From Candidatus Hodarchaeota archaeon (GTDB lineage Archaea; Asgardarchaeota; Lokiarchaeia; Sigyniarchaeales; SOKP01): DNA of 64,000 bases. The stretch is from assembly GCA_048886685.1 (NCBI GenBank), contig JBHLKM010000008.1, positions 107,897 to 171,896 on the forward strand. Reading direction: 5' to 3'. The translations under genes were made by a program, and so were the position numbers. This document shows, in pieces, positions 41,265 through 50,665 of this stretch. Numbering within the stretch: the first letter of the stretch is position 1; the number at the start of each line of letters is the position of its first letter. The notes beneath the pieces are model-generated. The model saw nothing but the letters and a program-made list of their open reading frames with translations. It was not told where the DNA came from and did not search any database.

Positions 41265-42455
41265 ATGAGATGGGAAAATTATACCTCATTACCAGAGCAG
41301 TATAGGAATCAGAGAGTATTCGATGGATGTGGGATTTCTGGATTTATAAATGTTGATGGGAGTAGGGTTAGAGGGGATAAAGTCATTGATATGCTATGTA
41401 TTTTAAAGGAGAGGGAAAATGGATTAGGAGCTGGGTTTGCGGCTTATGGTATTTATCCAAAATATAAAAATTATTATGCATTTCATTTTCTCTTTGATAA
41501 TATTTCTGCTAAAACAAAAGTTTTAGATTATTTAGATAATAAAGGTACAATTATCGCATCTGAACCAATTCCAACTAATACTCCTTTAAATGTTGATAAT
41601 CCACCGATTATTTGGAGAGCTTTCTTCGATCCTAATAAAAGTGGAAGTCTGGAACCAGACGAAAAAGTCGTACAGATTGTAATGGAAATAAATGCGAACA
41701 TAGAAAATGCTTTTGTTATGTCTTCCGGTAAAAACATGGGTGTGTTTAAAGGAAATGGGTGGTCACATGAAATTGCCAATTTTTACAAAATTTCAGATTA
41801 TGACGCTTTTATGTGGTTAGCGCATTCTAGGTTTCCTACCAATACTCCTGGATGGTGGGGAGGTGCTCACCCCTTTAATTTATTAAATTGTTCAGTTGTT
41901 CATAATGGAGAAATAACATCCTATGGAACAAATAGAAGGTACTTAGACTCGTTTGGATATAAATGCACTCTCTTCACCGACACAGAAGTCATTGCATATT
42001 TATTTGATTTATTATGTCGTAAGCATCAAATACCCTTATCTATCGCCACAATTGCTCTAGCACCACCATTATTTGGTGAGATCGAAAAGTTAAGCAGGAG
42101 AGAGCAACTAGTGCTTAAAAGTATAAGAGCAACTTATCGGAGCGCGATGTTAAATGGACCATTTTCAATTGTGGTTGGTTTTTCAAATCCAATTCCTACA
42201 ATGATCGGATTATCTGATAGAAAAAAATTAAGACCCCTTGTAATTGGAATTTCAGATGATGAAAACACTATATATATGAGTAGTGAGGAAGCATCTTTCA
42301 AACGATTGACGTTATCTAATAGAAATTTCTCAATGAAAGAAATATGGCATCCCAAAAGTGGGTCAGCAACGATTGTCATGCTTGGTAAAGGATTGATAAC
42401 AAATGGCCTTGAAACACCAATAAAAAATTTAAAATTAACAATGATGGAGGCTTAA
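41265..42455 (+). CDS. Glutamate synthase amidotransferase subunit (archaeal GltB1, Ntn type)
   Basis: DGCG (Ntn Cys), ERENGLGAG, HSRFPTNT, AHPF, HNGEI, TDTEV. Confidence 0.9.
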   Translation: MRWENYTSLPEQYRNQRVFDGCGISGFINVDGSRVRGDKVIDMLCILKERENGLGAGFAAYGIYPKYKNYYAFHFLFDNISAKTKVLDYLDNKGTIIASEPIPTNTPLNVDNPPIIWRAFFDPNKSGSLEPDEKVVQIVMEINANIENAFVMSSGKNMGVFKGNGWSHEIANFYKISDYDAFMWLAHSRFPTNTPGWWGGAHPFNLLNCSVVHNGEITSYGTNRRYLDSFGYKCTLFTDTEVIAYLFDLLCRKHQIPLSIATIALAPPLFGEIEKLSRREQLVLKSIRATYRSAMLNGPFSIVVGFSNPIPTMIGLSDRKKLRPLVIGISDDENTIYMSSEEASFKRLTLSNRNFSMKEIWHPKSGSATIVMLGKGLITNGLETPIKNLKLTMMEA

Positions 42456-42458
42456 ATA

Positions 42459-43979
42459 ATGGCAATCGCGCATGAAATTATTAATTATTTTAAAGTTGAT
42501 ATAAATAGAGAAGATTGTAAAAAATGTAAACGATGCATTAATCACTGTTCATTTGGAGTTTTGTCTTTTAATGGGGAACAAATAATTGCTGAGGATCATA
42601 AATGTGTTGCCTGTCAACGGTGTGCAGTTATGTGTCCTGGAAATGCGATAAGAATTGTTCAAAATGAGTCATTTTTGCCACCTCATGGACATTATACAAG
42701 AAAAATTCGAAATATAATCTGGGCTCAATCTGGGAATGGAGGTGTTCTACTATCCGCAACTGGTAATGATAGACCAATCCGTTCAATATTCGATGATTTA
42801 CTTCTAGATGCGTGCCAAGTTACTAATCCCTCTATCGATCCCTTAAGAGAAACAATTGAAACTAAGATAATTTTTGGGAGAAAACCAAAGAAATTAACTT
42901 TCATCTCTCATCCGGATGATTTAGAAAAAATTTCTTTAAAAACCAACTTGATGCCGAATTTTGAGATTGATATGCCAATCATGGTAGGTCATATGTCTTT
43001 GGGTTCAATTAGTTATAATGCATGTCAGGCAATTTACCAAGCAGCAACTGAATTAAATATTGTAGCAGGATCAGGTGAAGGGGGTTTACATCCAGATTTC
43101 TATGAATATGCTCCGAATATAATTACAGAAGTTGCTTCTGGAAGATTTGGAGTGGATATTAATTATCTTAGCAATGCTGCGGCGTTAGAAATAAAGATCG
43201 GGCAAGGAGCTAAACCAGGGCATGGTGGTCACTTACCAGGTGAAAAAGTTAGCAGTTTAATCTCGCAAACCCGAATGATTCCAAAAGGAAGCGATGCGTT
43301 ATCACCTTATCCCCATCATGATATTTATTCAATAGAAGATTTAGCTCAATTGATAGCTGCCTTAAAAGAAGCAACAAGATATAAAGTTCCTGTAGGAGTA
43401 AAAATAGCGGCAGTTCATAATTCTGCTCCGATTGCAGTTGGAATTGTTAGAGGAAGTGCTGATTTTCTTACTTTAGACGGATTCCGTGGTGGAACTGGTG
43501 CTGCTCCAAGAATTATTCGGGATCATGCAGGAATCCCCATTGAATTAGCCATAGCTGCCGTTGATGAAAGATTAAGACAAGAAAATTTACGTGAAGAAGT
43601 AACTTTAATAGCTGGCGGTTCAATTCGATATTCTGCTGATTTAATTAAGGCTATTGCTCTAGGCGCTGATGTAGCAATGTGTTGTATGCCAGTTTTAATT
43701 TCAATGGGATGTAGAGTTTGTCAGCAATGCTTCAGGGGACTATGTCCCTGGGGAATTGCAACTCAACAAGAATATTTGGTAAAACGATTAGATGTTGATG
43801 TTGCGAAAAATAGAATAATTAATTTATTTCATTCTTGGAATGAAGAATTAAAGGAAGTTTTAGGAGCGATGGGAATTGATTCTATAGAATCGCTCCGCTC
43901 AAACCGAGACCGATTAAGATATATAGGTCCAAATCCGCGTATTGCGGACATTTTAGGAGTAAAACATGCAGGTGAATAA
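42459..43979 (+). CDS. Glutamate synthase FMN subunit with N-terminal 2x[4Fe-4S] (archaeal GltB2)
   Basis: VASGRFG, KIGQGAKPGHGGHLP, HHDIYSIEDL, GGTGAAP, CRVCQQC..CPWGIATQ. Confidence 0.92.
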   Translation: MAIAHEIINYFKVDINREDCKKCKRCINHCSFGVLSFNGEQIIAEDHKCVACQRCAVMCPGNAIRIVQNESFLPPHGHYTRKIRNIIWAQSGNGGVLLSATGNDRPIRSIFDDLLLDACQVTNPSIDPLRETIETKIIFGRKPKKLTFISHPDDLEKISLKTNLMPNFEIDMPIMVGHMSLGSISYNACQAIYQAATELNIVAGSGEGGLHPDFYEYAPNIITEVASGRFGVDINYLSNAAALEIKIGQGAKPGHGGHLPGEKVSSLISQTRMIPKGSDALSPYPHHDIYSIEDLAQLIAALKEATRYKVPVGVKIAAVHNSAPIAVGIVRGSADFLTLDGFRGGTGAAPRIIRDHAGIPIELAIAAVDERLRQENLREEVTLIAGGSIRYSADLIKAIALGADVAMCCMPVLISMGCRVCQQCFRGLCPWGIATQQEYLVKRLDVDVAKNRIINLFHSWNEELKEVLGAMGIDSIESLRSNRDRLRYIGPNPRIADILGVKHAGE

Positions 43980-44817
43980 AATTACTATAGTTAATGATAT
44001 TGAAACAAAAGATTTTGGAATTGGAATTGAAGAACCATTAGAGATAGATGCTGCTCCAAATGGAGATCCTCTCGATTATAGAGAATTAAATTCCATGATT
44101 CATAATGCTGTTAATAATAATTGTAAGAAAATTGTGTTAAACAATGTTTGTGGGCAAAGATTTATAGGTGCTGCTTTACAAGGAGATGTAGAAATAAGTA
44201 TTAATGGGGTTCCTGGTAATGATTTAGGGATTTTTATGGATGGTCCAAGAATTAGTGTTTTTGGGAATTGTGAGGACCAATCTGGTAATACCATGAATCA
44301 AGGAACAATGATAATTGATGGGGATGGAGGAGATGTTATAGGCTTATCTTCAAGAGGCGGGAAGATTTATATCAAAGGTGATGTTGGATATAGAGTTGGT
44401 ATTCACATGAAAGAATATGAAGACCATTTTCCAATATTAATAGTCGGTGGCACAGCTAAAGACTTTTTAGGTGAATATATGGCTGGTGGTAAAATTATTG
44501 TACTTGGTTTAAAAATTTCCTCAAATAGTAGTATTTCTGAGAGTCCACAGTCAATTTGTGGTACGGAATTAGGAACAGGGATTCATAGGGGTGCTATTTA
44601 TCTTCGAACAGAAGAAAATGTAGAGGATAGGTTAGGTGTTGGAGCAAAAGTTTTCAATCTTTCAAAAGATGAACAAGAAGAAATTGATACTTACGTAGAA
44701 GATTTCTGTAAAACATTTAATGTTCCCCTAAGTGCTGTTGATAATAAACCTTTTAAAGTTATTAAACCAATTTCAAAAAGACCTTTTGGTGGAAATTATT
44801 GTAGCCAATTAATCTAA
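43966..44817 (+). CDS. Glutamate synthase GXGXG subunit (archaeal GltB3)
   Basis: GQRFIG, GVPGNDLG, GYRVGIHMK, DFLGEYMAGG; overlaps gltB2 by 14 nt. Confidence 0.9.
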   Translation: MQVNKITIVNDIETKDFGIGIEEPLEIDAAPNGDPLDYRELNSMIHNAVNNNCKKIVLNNVCGQRFIGAALQGDVEISINGVPGNDLGIFMDGPRISVFGNCEDQSGNTMNQGTMIIDGDGGDVIGLSSRGGKIYIKGDVGYRVGIHMKEYEDHFPILIVGGTAKDFLGEYMAGGKIIVLGLKISSNSSISESPQSICGTELGTGIHRGAIYLRTEENVEDRLGVGAKVFNLSKDEQEEIDTYVEDFCKTFNVPLSAVDNKPFKVIKPISKRPFGGNYCSQLI

Positions 44818-45040
44818 TTTTTTCCCCTTTTTTTGAATTTGTTCATTTATAAACATTAAGCTTTAATATATGAATAACAACCCTTAAACATTGTTCAATT
44901 ATATTCATTTTTTCTAAAAAATATTGAAAAATTCTTATATTAATTTTTAAGATTATCGGATTTTTTAATTAAATATTAATAAATTGTTTAATTTCGATCC
45001 TAATATTTATTAATAATAAAACCTAATTTATTATAAAAAA

Positions 45041-45056
45041 TGGGAATACAAACCCA
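45041..45056 (+). promoter_or_regulatory. GGG-N8-CCCA box upstream of the second FMN subunit
   Basis: TGGGAATACAAACCCA, 25 nt after TATA-like TTTATTAATA (45006-45015). Confidence 0.65.
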
Positions 45057-45092
45057 CTATTTTTTTGAATACATTTGAAAAGTAGATTATTT

Positions 45093-46742
45093 ATGACAAA
45101 ATTTTCAATGGATACTCATCAATCAAGCATGATAGGGTCTAGAACCAGAGTTGAGGATTCTTGTGAATCTGGTTTGTGCCCAATTTGTGTAGCAGATTGC
45201 CCTGTTTTCTGCGAAGTTTCAAAATCTGCTTTGCGCGGTCGCGAAGTGTTATATCCACGTAGAGAATTTTTTGGTAATTCTACAGCTGGTTCACCAAAAG
45301 ATTTTGGGTTCTCTTATAGTGACTTTCAAATTCAATTTGAATGTCGAGGAGCTCAGGGAATTGAAGAAGATGAAGATAAAGTAATATTTCCTAATGTTAA
45401 TATTAAAACTAAGTGGGGAAATATTGAACAAAAAAATCCATTTGTAATTGCTGGTTTAGGAAGCACTTACGTTGCAAAACGTAACTGGGATGGTTTAGCA
45501 ATAGGAGCTGCATTATCAGGAGTAAGTACTACTGTAGGAGAGAATGTAGTTGGAATGGATCCTTATGCTAAATTCGCAAACCATGCCGTATATCCTAAAG
45601 TAGTTGATACACAGGATATGAAATATCGGGTTGAAAAATACAGAGAATTTTGGGATGGGAAGCATGGAGATATTATTGTACAAAAAAATGTAGAGGATAC
45701 AAGATTAGGTGTTTTTGATTATGTTATGTCTAATTTAGAAGTAAACTCACTTGAAATAAAATTTGGTCAAGGTGCAAAAGCAATTGGAGGCGAAGTCAGG
45801 TTAGAATCATTGGAGCGTGCCCAATTACTGCAGGAAAGAGGGTACCTTGTCTTTCCTGATCCTTCAGATCCAGTTATTATTGAACAGTGGAAAGAAGGAT
45901 TAATTCCAGACTTTGAAAGACATAGTCGGGTAGGACTATCTTCTACTGAGGATGTTTTAGAAGAAATTGATCAAGTACGCTCAAGCGGCGCAAAAAATAT
46001 TTTCATAAAAACTGGAGCATACAGACCAGCAGCAACAGCTTGGATAATAAGATTAGGTATTGAAGGAAAAGTAGATGGAATGACTTTTGATGGTGCTGGT
46101 GGAGGTACTGGTATGAGTCCAGTAAGTATGATGAATGAAGGATCAATTCCAACAGCCTATTTAGAAGCACTAGTAGTTGGATGTCTTGATATGATTAAAA
46201 AGAAAAATCCGAATGTATCTATACCCTCTATTGCAATAGCAGGTGGTATTGCTAATGAAACACAGATTTTTAAAGCACTTGCTATGGGTGCTCCTTATGT
46301 AAATTGCATTGCGATGGCAAGAGCCCCAATTACCGCAGCTATGAAAGCAAAATTCATTGGAGAGGTTATTAATAAAAAGGAAGCCACACCTGCAATGCTT
46401 CGCAATTTGGGTTTCTATAAGGACAAAGATCCTAAAAGTTTGACATTAAGTGAAGCTTTTGTTGAGTATGATAATTTGAATAGAATTTATAACGGAAATC
46501 GTATTCCTCCTTCGGCGATTGGAGTTTACACTTATTTTACTAGCAAATTAGGTATAGGACTCCAACAACTATTAGCTGGAGTTCGAAAATTTAAGGCGAA
46601 TTTAATATGTCGAAATGATATTGCTTATATTTCTCAAAGAGCTAAAGAAGTATGTAAAAAATGGAATCTTGGAATTAAATCTCAAGAATCACTCGATTAT
46701 GAGTTAGTAAAAAATGAGATTTATTCTGGGAATTATGATTAA
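45093..46742 (+). CDS. FMN-binding glutamate synthase family protein (stand-alone GltB2-like) with N-terminal Cys cluster
   Basis: CESGLCPICVADCPVFCE, KFGQGAKAIGGE, DGAGGGTGMSP, AGG, KALAMGA; ATG 45093 preferred over TTG 45075. Confidence 0.85.
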   Translation: MTKFSMDTHQSSMIGSRTRVEDSCESGLCPICVADCPVFCEVSKSALRGREVLYPRREFFGNSTAGSPKDFGFSYSDFQIQFECRGAQGIEEDEDKVIFPNVNIKTKWGNIEQKNPFVIAGLGSTYVAKRNWDGLAIGAALSGVSTTVGENVVGMDPYAKFANHAVYPKVVDTQDMKYRVEKYREFWDGKHGDIIVQKNVEDTRLGVFDYVMSNLEVNSLEIKFGQGAKAIGGEVRLESLERAQLLQERGYLVFPDPSDPVIIEQWKEGLIPDFERHSRVGLSSTEDVLEEIDQVRSSGAKNIFIKTGAYRPAATAWIIRLGIEGKVDGMTFDGAGGGTGMSPVSMMNEGSIPTAYLEALVVGCLDMIKKKNPNVSIPSIAIAGGIANETQIFKALAMGAPYVNCIAMARAPITAAMKAKFIGEVINKKEATPAMLRNLGFYKDKDPKSLTLSEAFVEYDNLNRIYNGNRIPPSAIGVYTYFTSKLGIGLQQLLAGVRKFKANLICRNDIAYISQRAKEVCKKWNLGIKSQESLDYELVKNEIYSGNYD

Positions 46743-46795
46743 ATAAATTTTCTTCTTTTTACTAAAAAAAAAATAGAAATAGCAAAGTCTAAAGA

Positions 46796-48586
46796 TTAGT
46801 TCATAAGACTTTCTAATTGATTAACAAAATCTTCATACTGTTTTATCCCGAGTACCCAAAAGTCTTTCTTTGTTACATCTAATCCTACAATCATTCCTAA
46901 TTCTACCGGAGAAATGCTGCCACCTGCAGCGAGAAGCTTCTTAAATTTGGGAACAAAGTCTTTACCCTCTTTTTTATAAGCTTGATAAAGTGCATAAACA
47001 AAAAGTTGAGCATAGACATAGGGGTAATTATAGAAGCGAAAATTTGGGATGAAGTAATGTTGCTTCATAGTCCATTCCCAATCCATCTCCTCAAACCATT
47101 CTACAGAATCTCCGTATATTTTATCTCTACCAGCGCACCAATATTTCGATATAGTCTTACCATCTAGATTTTCACCTTTTTCTATCGCTTTATATAAATC
47201 ATGTTCAAACCAATATCTCGCACTTACTTGAAATGCAGCTTGTCCCGCATCGTCAAGTACATAGGCTAGTATTGCCATTTTTTCTTCTTTTGATTCGGCT
47301 ACTTCAAGAAGTAAATCGGTTAATAAAAGTTCTCCAAATATTGAAGCAGTCTCTGCTACACTATACCCTGGATGAATATTAAAGTATGTTTGTGCTTGGA
47401 TGGCTAAATAATCATGGATTGCATGACCAAGCTCATGAATAAGTGTAAAAATTTCATTCATTTCTCCAGTATACGTCATAAGAATAAATGCAGATTTTCC
47501 TTTATACCAAGAAGCGCAATTAGCTCCATTTCTTTTACCGTTTCTAGGACTTGCGTCAATATGATTTCGATTGAACATATCATTAAGATACTCCGCAAAT
47601 TCCTTATCAAATTTTTCATTTGCTTGAATTACGAGTTCTTTAGCTTTTTCCCATAAATATTTTTTATGTGGGGCAATCGGAAGTGGAGCTCGAACATCAG
47701 CACAATTTAACTTGGGAAAACCTAGGATCTTTGCTTTAAGATTCATATATCTACGATAAACATCAACACCTTCTTCTATTGCCCTCATCAAATTATCAAT
47801 TATTTCTTGAGTTGTATCATTTACAATAAGGCTATCATGCATTGGGTTATCATATTTTCTTCTCTTCGAATTATTCACCCAATTTCCGCATATACTTCTC
47901 AAAGCCGTAGAAAAGATATACTCATCTTCTCCTAGCAAACCATAAATAGACTTATTTGCTGAAATTCTGGTATTCCTATCTGGGTGGTTGAGTAAAGCAT
48001 TAGCCTCCCCATAAGATAGTTCTTTTTTCTCACCCTCAAATTCTACTACAATTTTTCTTGTATTCAACCATTTAGACTGTAGGGTGCTCCATGCCCTTAC
48101 CCCATATTGATCTTTTTCAAGAATTATTTGTTCTTCTATTTCAGAAAGATCATGAGGAAATTTTCTTTTAATTATCTCTAGAAGATGTTTATAATTAGAT
48201 AGAATCGGTTCATTGATTATGTCAGCATTGTTATAAACAAATTTGGCAATATCTAAGTCCAAAAAGGCTAGATCTTTAGCTATTTTTGTTGTAAAATCAT
48301 CAATACGATTCTTTAAAGCCTCACTTTCTGGAATAGTCATATTAGCACTGAATAATCTATCCTTATAAAGATCTAATTCACCAAGTTCAGCTCCAAATTC
48401 TTCTTGTATTTTAAATAGTTCTAACAATTTCTTAGGTGTAAATTCAGGAGAATTAATTTTCCCTTTATAATTATTAACAAGTTCAGTAGCCTTACTAGAG
48501 AGGGTATCCATCCTTTCAGTGATTTTAGGGTCATCATGACCAACGAAAATTTCTGTTAAATCCCACGCGATTTCTTTTTCAGTCAT
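46796..48586 (-). CDS. pepF: Oligoendopeptidase F (peptidase M3B)
   Basis: AWDLTEIF, HELGHAIH, AETASIFGE, FYNYPY. Confidence 0.92.
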   Translation of the reverse strand: MTEKEIAWDLTEIFVGHDDPKITERMDTLSSKATELVNNYKGKINSPEFTPKKLLELFKIQEEFGAELGELDLYKDRLFSANMTIPESEALKNRIDDFTTKIAKDLAFLDLDIAKFVYNNADIINEPILSNYKHLLEIIKRKFPHDLSEIEEQIILEKDQYGVRAWSTLQSKWLNTRKIVVEFEGEKKELSYGEANALLNHPDRNTRISANKSIYGLLGEDEYIFSTALRSICGNWVNNSKRRKYDNPMHDSLIVNDTTQEIIDNLMRAIEEGVDVYRRYMNLKAKILGFPKLNCADVRAPLPIAPHKKYLWEKAKELVIQANEKFDKEFAEYLNDMFNRNHIDASPRNGKRNGANCASWYKGKSAFILMTYTGEMNEIFTLIHELGHAIHDYLAIQAQTYFNIHPGYSVAETASIFGELLLTDLLLEVAESKEEKMAILAYVLDDAGQAAFQVSARYWFEHDLYKAIEKGENLDGKTISKYWCAGRDKIYGDSVEWFEEMDWEWTMKQHYFIPNFRFYNYPYVYAQLFVYALYQAYKKEGKDFVPKFKKLLAAGGSISPVELGMIVGLDVTKKDFWVLGIKQYEDFVNQLESLMN

Positions 48587-48744
48587 AATAATAAATACCT
48601 TAAAAATTGGAAAATTTAAAAACCTTTACTACAGATTTAATTTAATACTTAAAGTCGGGGATGGAAAAAAGAAATAGAAATTATGTCTATGAAATGATCT
48701 AGGATTATTTAATTATTTTATATTAAAATCAGTTAAAGTTAGAT

Positions 48745-50304
48745 TTATTCATATTCTATCGTTCCAGGGGGTTTATTGGTGATATCATATACGACTCTAT
48801 TTATTCCCCTAACCTCATTAATAATTCTTGTTCCTATTTTCTCTAATAAATCCCAGTTTAACTTAGCAAAATTGGCGGTCATGACATCAAGAGATTCAAC
48901 AGCTCTAATCGCACAAATATATTCATATGTGCGGTAATCTCCCATGACACCAACAGTTTTTAGTGGTAAAAAAACACAAAAAGCTTGCCATAAAGCTTCA
49001 TATACTCCTCCTTTTTTAATTTCTTCAATTAAAATCTCGTCGGCTTCTCTTAAGATATTAAGCTTTTCTTTATTTATAGGACCTACAATTCTTACAGCCA
49101 AACCAGGTCCTGGAAAGGGATGTCTTGAGATTATTTCCTCTGGGATTCCGAGTTTTATTCCAATTTTTCTAACCTCGTCTTTATACAAGTTTTTTAATGG
49201 CTCGATCACTTCTAGCATCATATTTTCTGGTAATGCTACATTATGATGTGATTTAATTCTTGCTGACGCCTTACTTGTTGCGCTTGTTTCCACTCGATCG
49301 GGATAAATTGTTCCTTGGGCAAGGTATTTTATATCTGGATTTTCTTTTTCTAGTTCAATAGTTTTATTTTCAAATACCTCAATAAATGTATGACTAATTA
49401 TCTTACGCTTTTCTTCTGGATCCCCAATATTTTCAAGTCTATTTAAGAATAGTTCTTCAGCATCTACATAATGAAAATTTTTAAATTTCAATTTATCCTT
49501 GAATGTCTTTTGGACTTCCATTTCTTCATTCTTCCTCAATAAACCATTATTTACAAACACGCTATGTAAGCGATCACCGATAGCTCTATGAATTAAAACA
49601 GCTGTTACAGAAGAATCTACTCCCCCACTTAACCCTAAAATCACTTTATTATTTGGGCCTATTTCGCTTTTAATTTCTTCAATAATACTTTCGATTAAAC
49701 CTTCAACTTTCCATTCTTTTTTGCATTGAGCTATTTTAAATACAAAATTCTCTAAAATCTTATTACCTTTAGGAGTATTAACTACTTCGGGATGAAATTG
49801 AACACCAAATAATAATTGTTCTTCATTTGAATAAGAAGCTACGGGGCAGGTTTCTGTTTTAGCTAAAGTTTTAAAACCCTTAGGTAAGGAAGTAACTTGA
49901 TCACCATGAGACATCCATACTATTTCTTCTCTATTTAATGAGTCGAAAAGAAGGTTTTTCTTTACAATAATAATATTTGTTTTACCATATTCCTTTGATT
50001 CTTTGGATTCCACCTTTCCTTTATGTTTATGTATAATTAAATGATGTCCATAGCAGATTCCTAAAATAGGGATTTTTTTTTCAGAAGTAAATTGAAATAA
50101 TTCATCACTTATAGTTGGACTATCTTTTTCATAGATACTATTCGGTCCTCCAGAAAATATTATAGCTTTAGGCATGATGCTTCTAATTTTGTCTAGACCA
50201 ACATCATAGGGAAAAATCTCTGAATATACTCCAAAATCCCGAATCCTCCTGGTGATTAAATGTGCATATTGCCCACCAAAATCCAAAACAATAACACAAT
50301 CCAT
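48745..50304 (-). CDS. guaA: GMP synthase, full-length fused form
   Basis: LDFGGQY, GICYG, QFHPEV, SGGVDS, IKSHHNV, RHPFPGPGLAVR, KPPGTIEYE. Confidence 0.97.
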   Translation of the reverse strand: MDCVIVLDFGGQYAHLITRRIRDFGVYSEIFPYDVGLDKIRSIMPKAIIFSGGPNSIYEKDSPTISDELFQFTSEKKIPILGICYGHHLIIHKHKGKVESKESKEYGKTNIIIVKKNLLFDSLNREEIVWMSHGDQVTSLPKGFKTLAKTETCPVASYSNEEQLLFGVQFHPEVVNTPKGNKILENFVFKIAQCKKEWKVEGLIESIIEEIKSEIGPNNKVILGLSGGVDSSVTAVLIHRAIGDRLHSVFVNNGLLRKNEEMEVQKTFKDKLKFKNFHYVDAEELFLNRLENIGDPEEKRKIISHTFIEVFENKTIELEKENPDIKYLAQGTIYPDRVETSATSKASARIKSHHNVALPENMMLEVIEPLKNLYKDEVRKIGIKLGIPEEIISRHPFPGPGLAVRIVGPINKEKLNILREADEILIEEIKKGGVYEALWQAFCVFLPLKTVGVMGDYRTYEYICAIRAVESLDVMTANFAKLNWDLLEKIGTRIINEVRGINRVVYDITNKPPGTIEYE

Positions 50305-50533
50305 TATTGAGAAACTCTTAACTTAGAATTGAAATATATCTTGAATTAATATTTTTTATGTTGAAATCGTTTCTTAATTATTTTTTAATAAGTTAAATAA
50401 TCAAATTAATTTTTCCAATTAGTCGTAGATTTTTTCTAACTTAAAATTATTTATTAAATAGATATTCAAAAAACCATTATAGCAAAAGAAATGATTGTAA
50501 ATTAGATTTTCTTAAGAAATAATTATTAAAATA

Positions 50534-50549
50534 GGGGAAAAAATTCCCA
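50534..50549 (+). promoter_or_regulatory. GGG-N8-CCCA box upstream of the nfn-like operon
   Basis: GGGGAAAAAATTCCCA. Confidence 0.65.
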
Positions 50550-50665
50550 TAAACAGAGTGATTTACGATATATTTTTTTTAGGTCGAATTATTCTTCAAT
50601 TAGGAGGAACAAAATTATTTTCGAATTGAATCTTCAAATAAATCTTGAATATAATAAGAATCGCA

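Noticed and set aside
41265-44817. N-methylglutamate synthase (MgsABC) interpretation of gltB1/B2/B3
   Set aside because: The adjacent GS looks like ordinary type I GlnA and no mgd/sox genes are present. Not fully excluded without a phylogeny.
48586-48760. guaA 3' end as an island integration hotspot
   Set aside because: No duplicated guaA end or integrase nearby.
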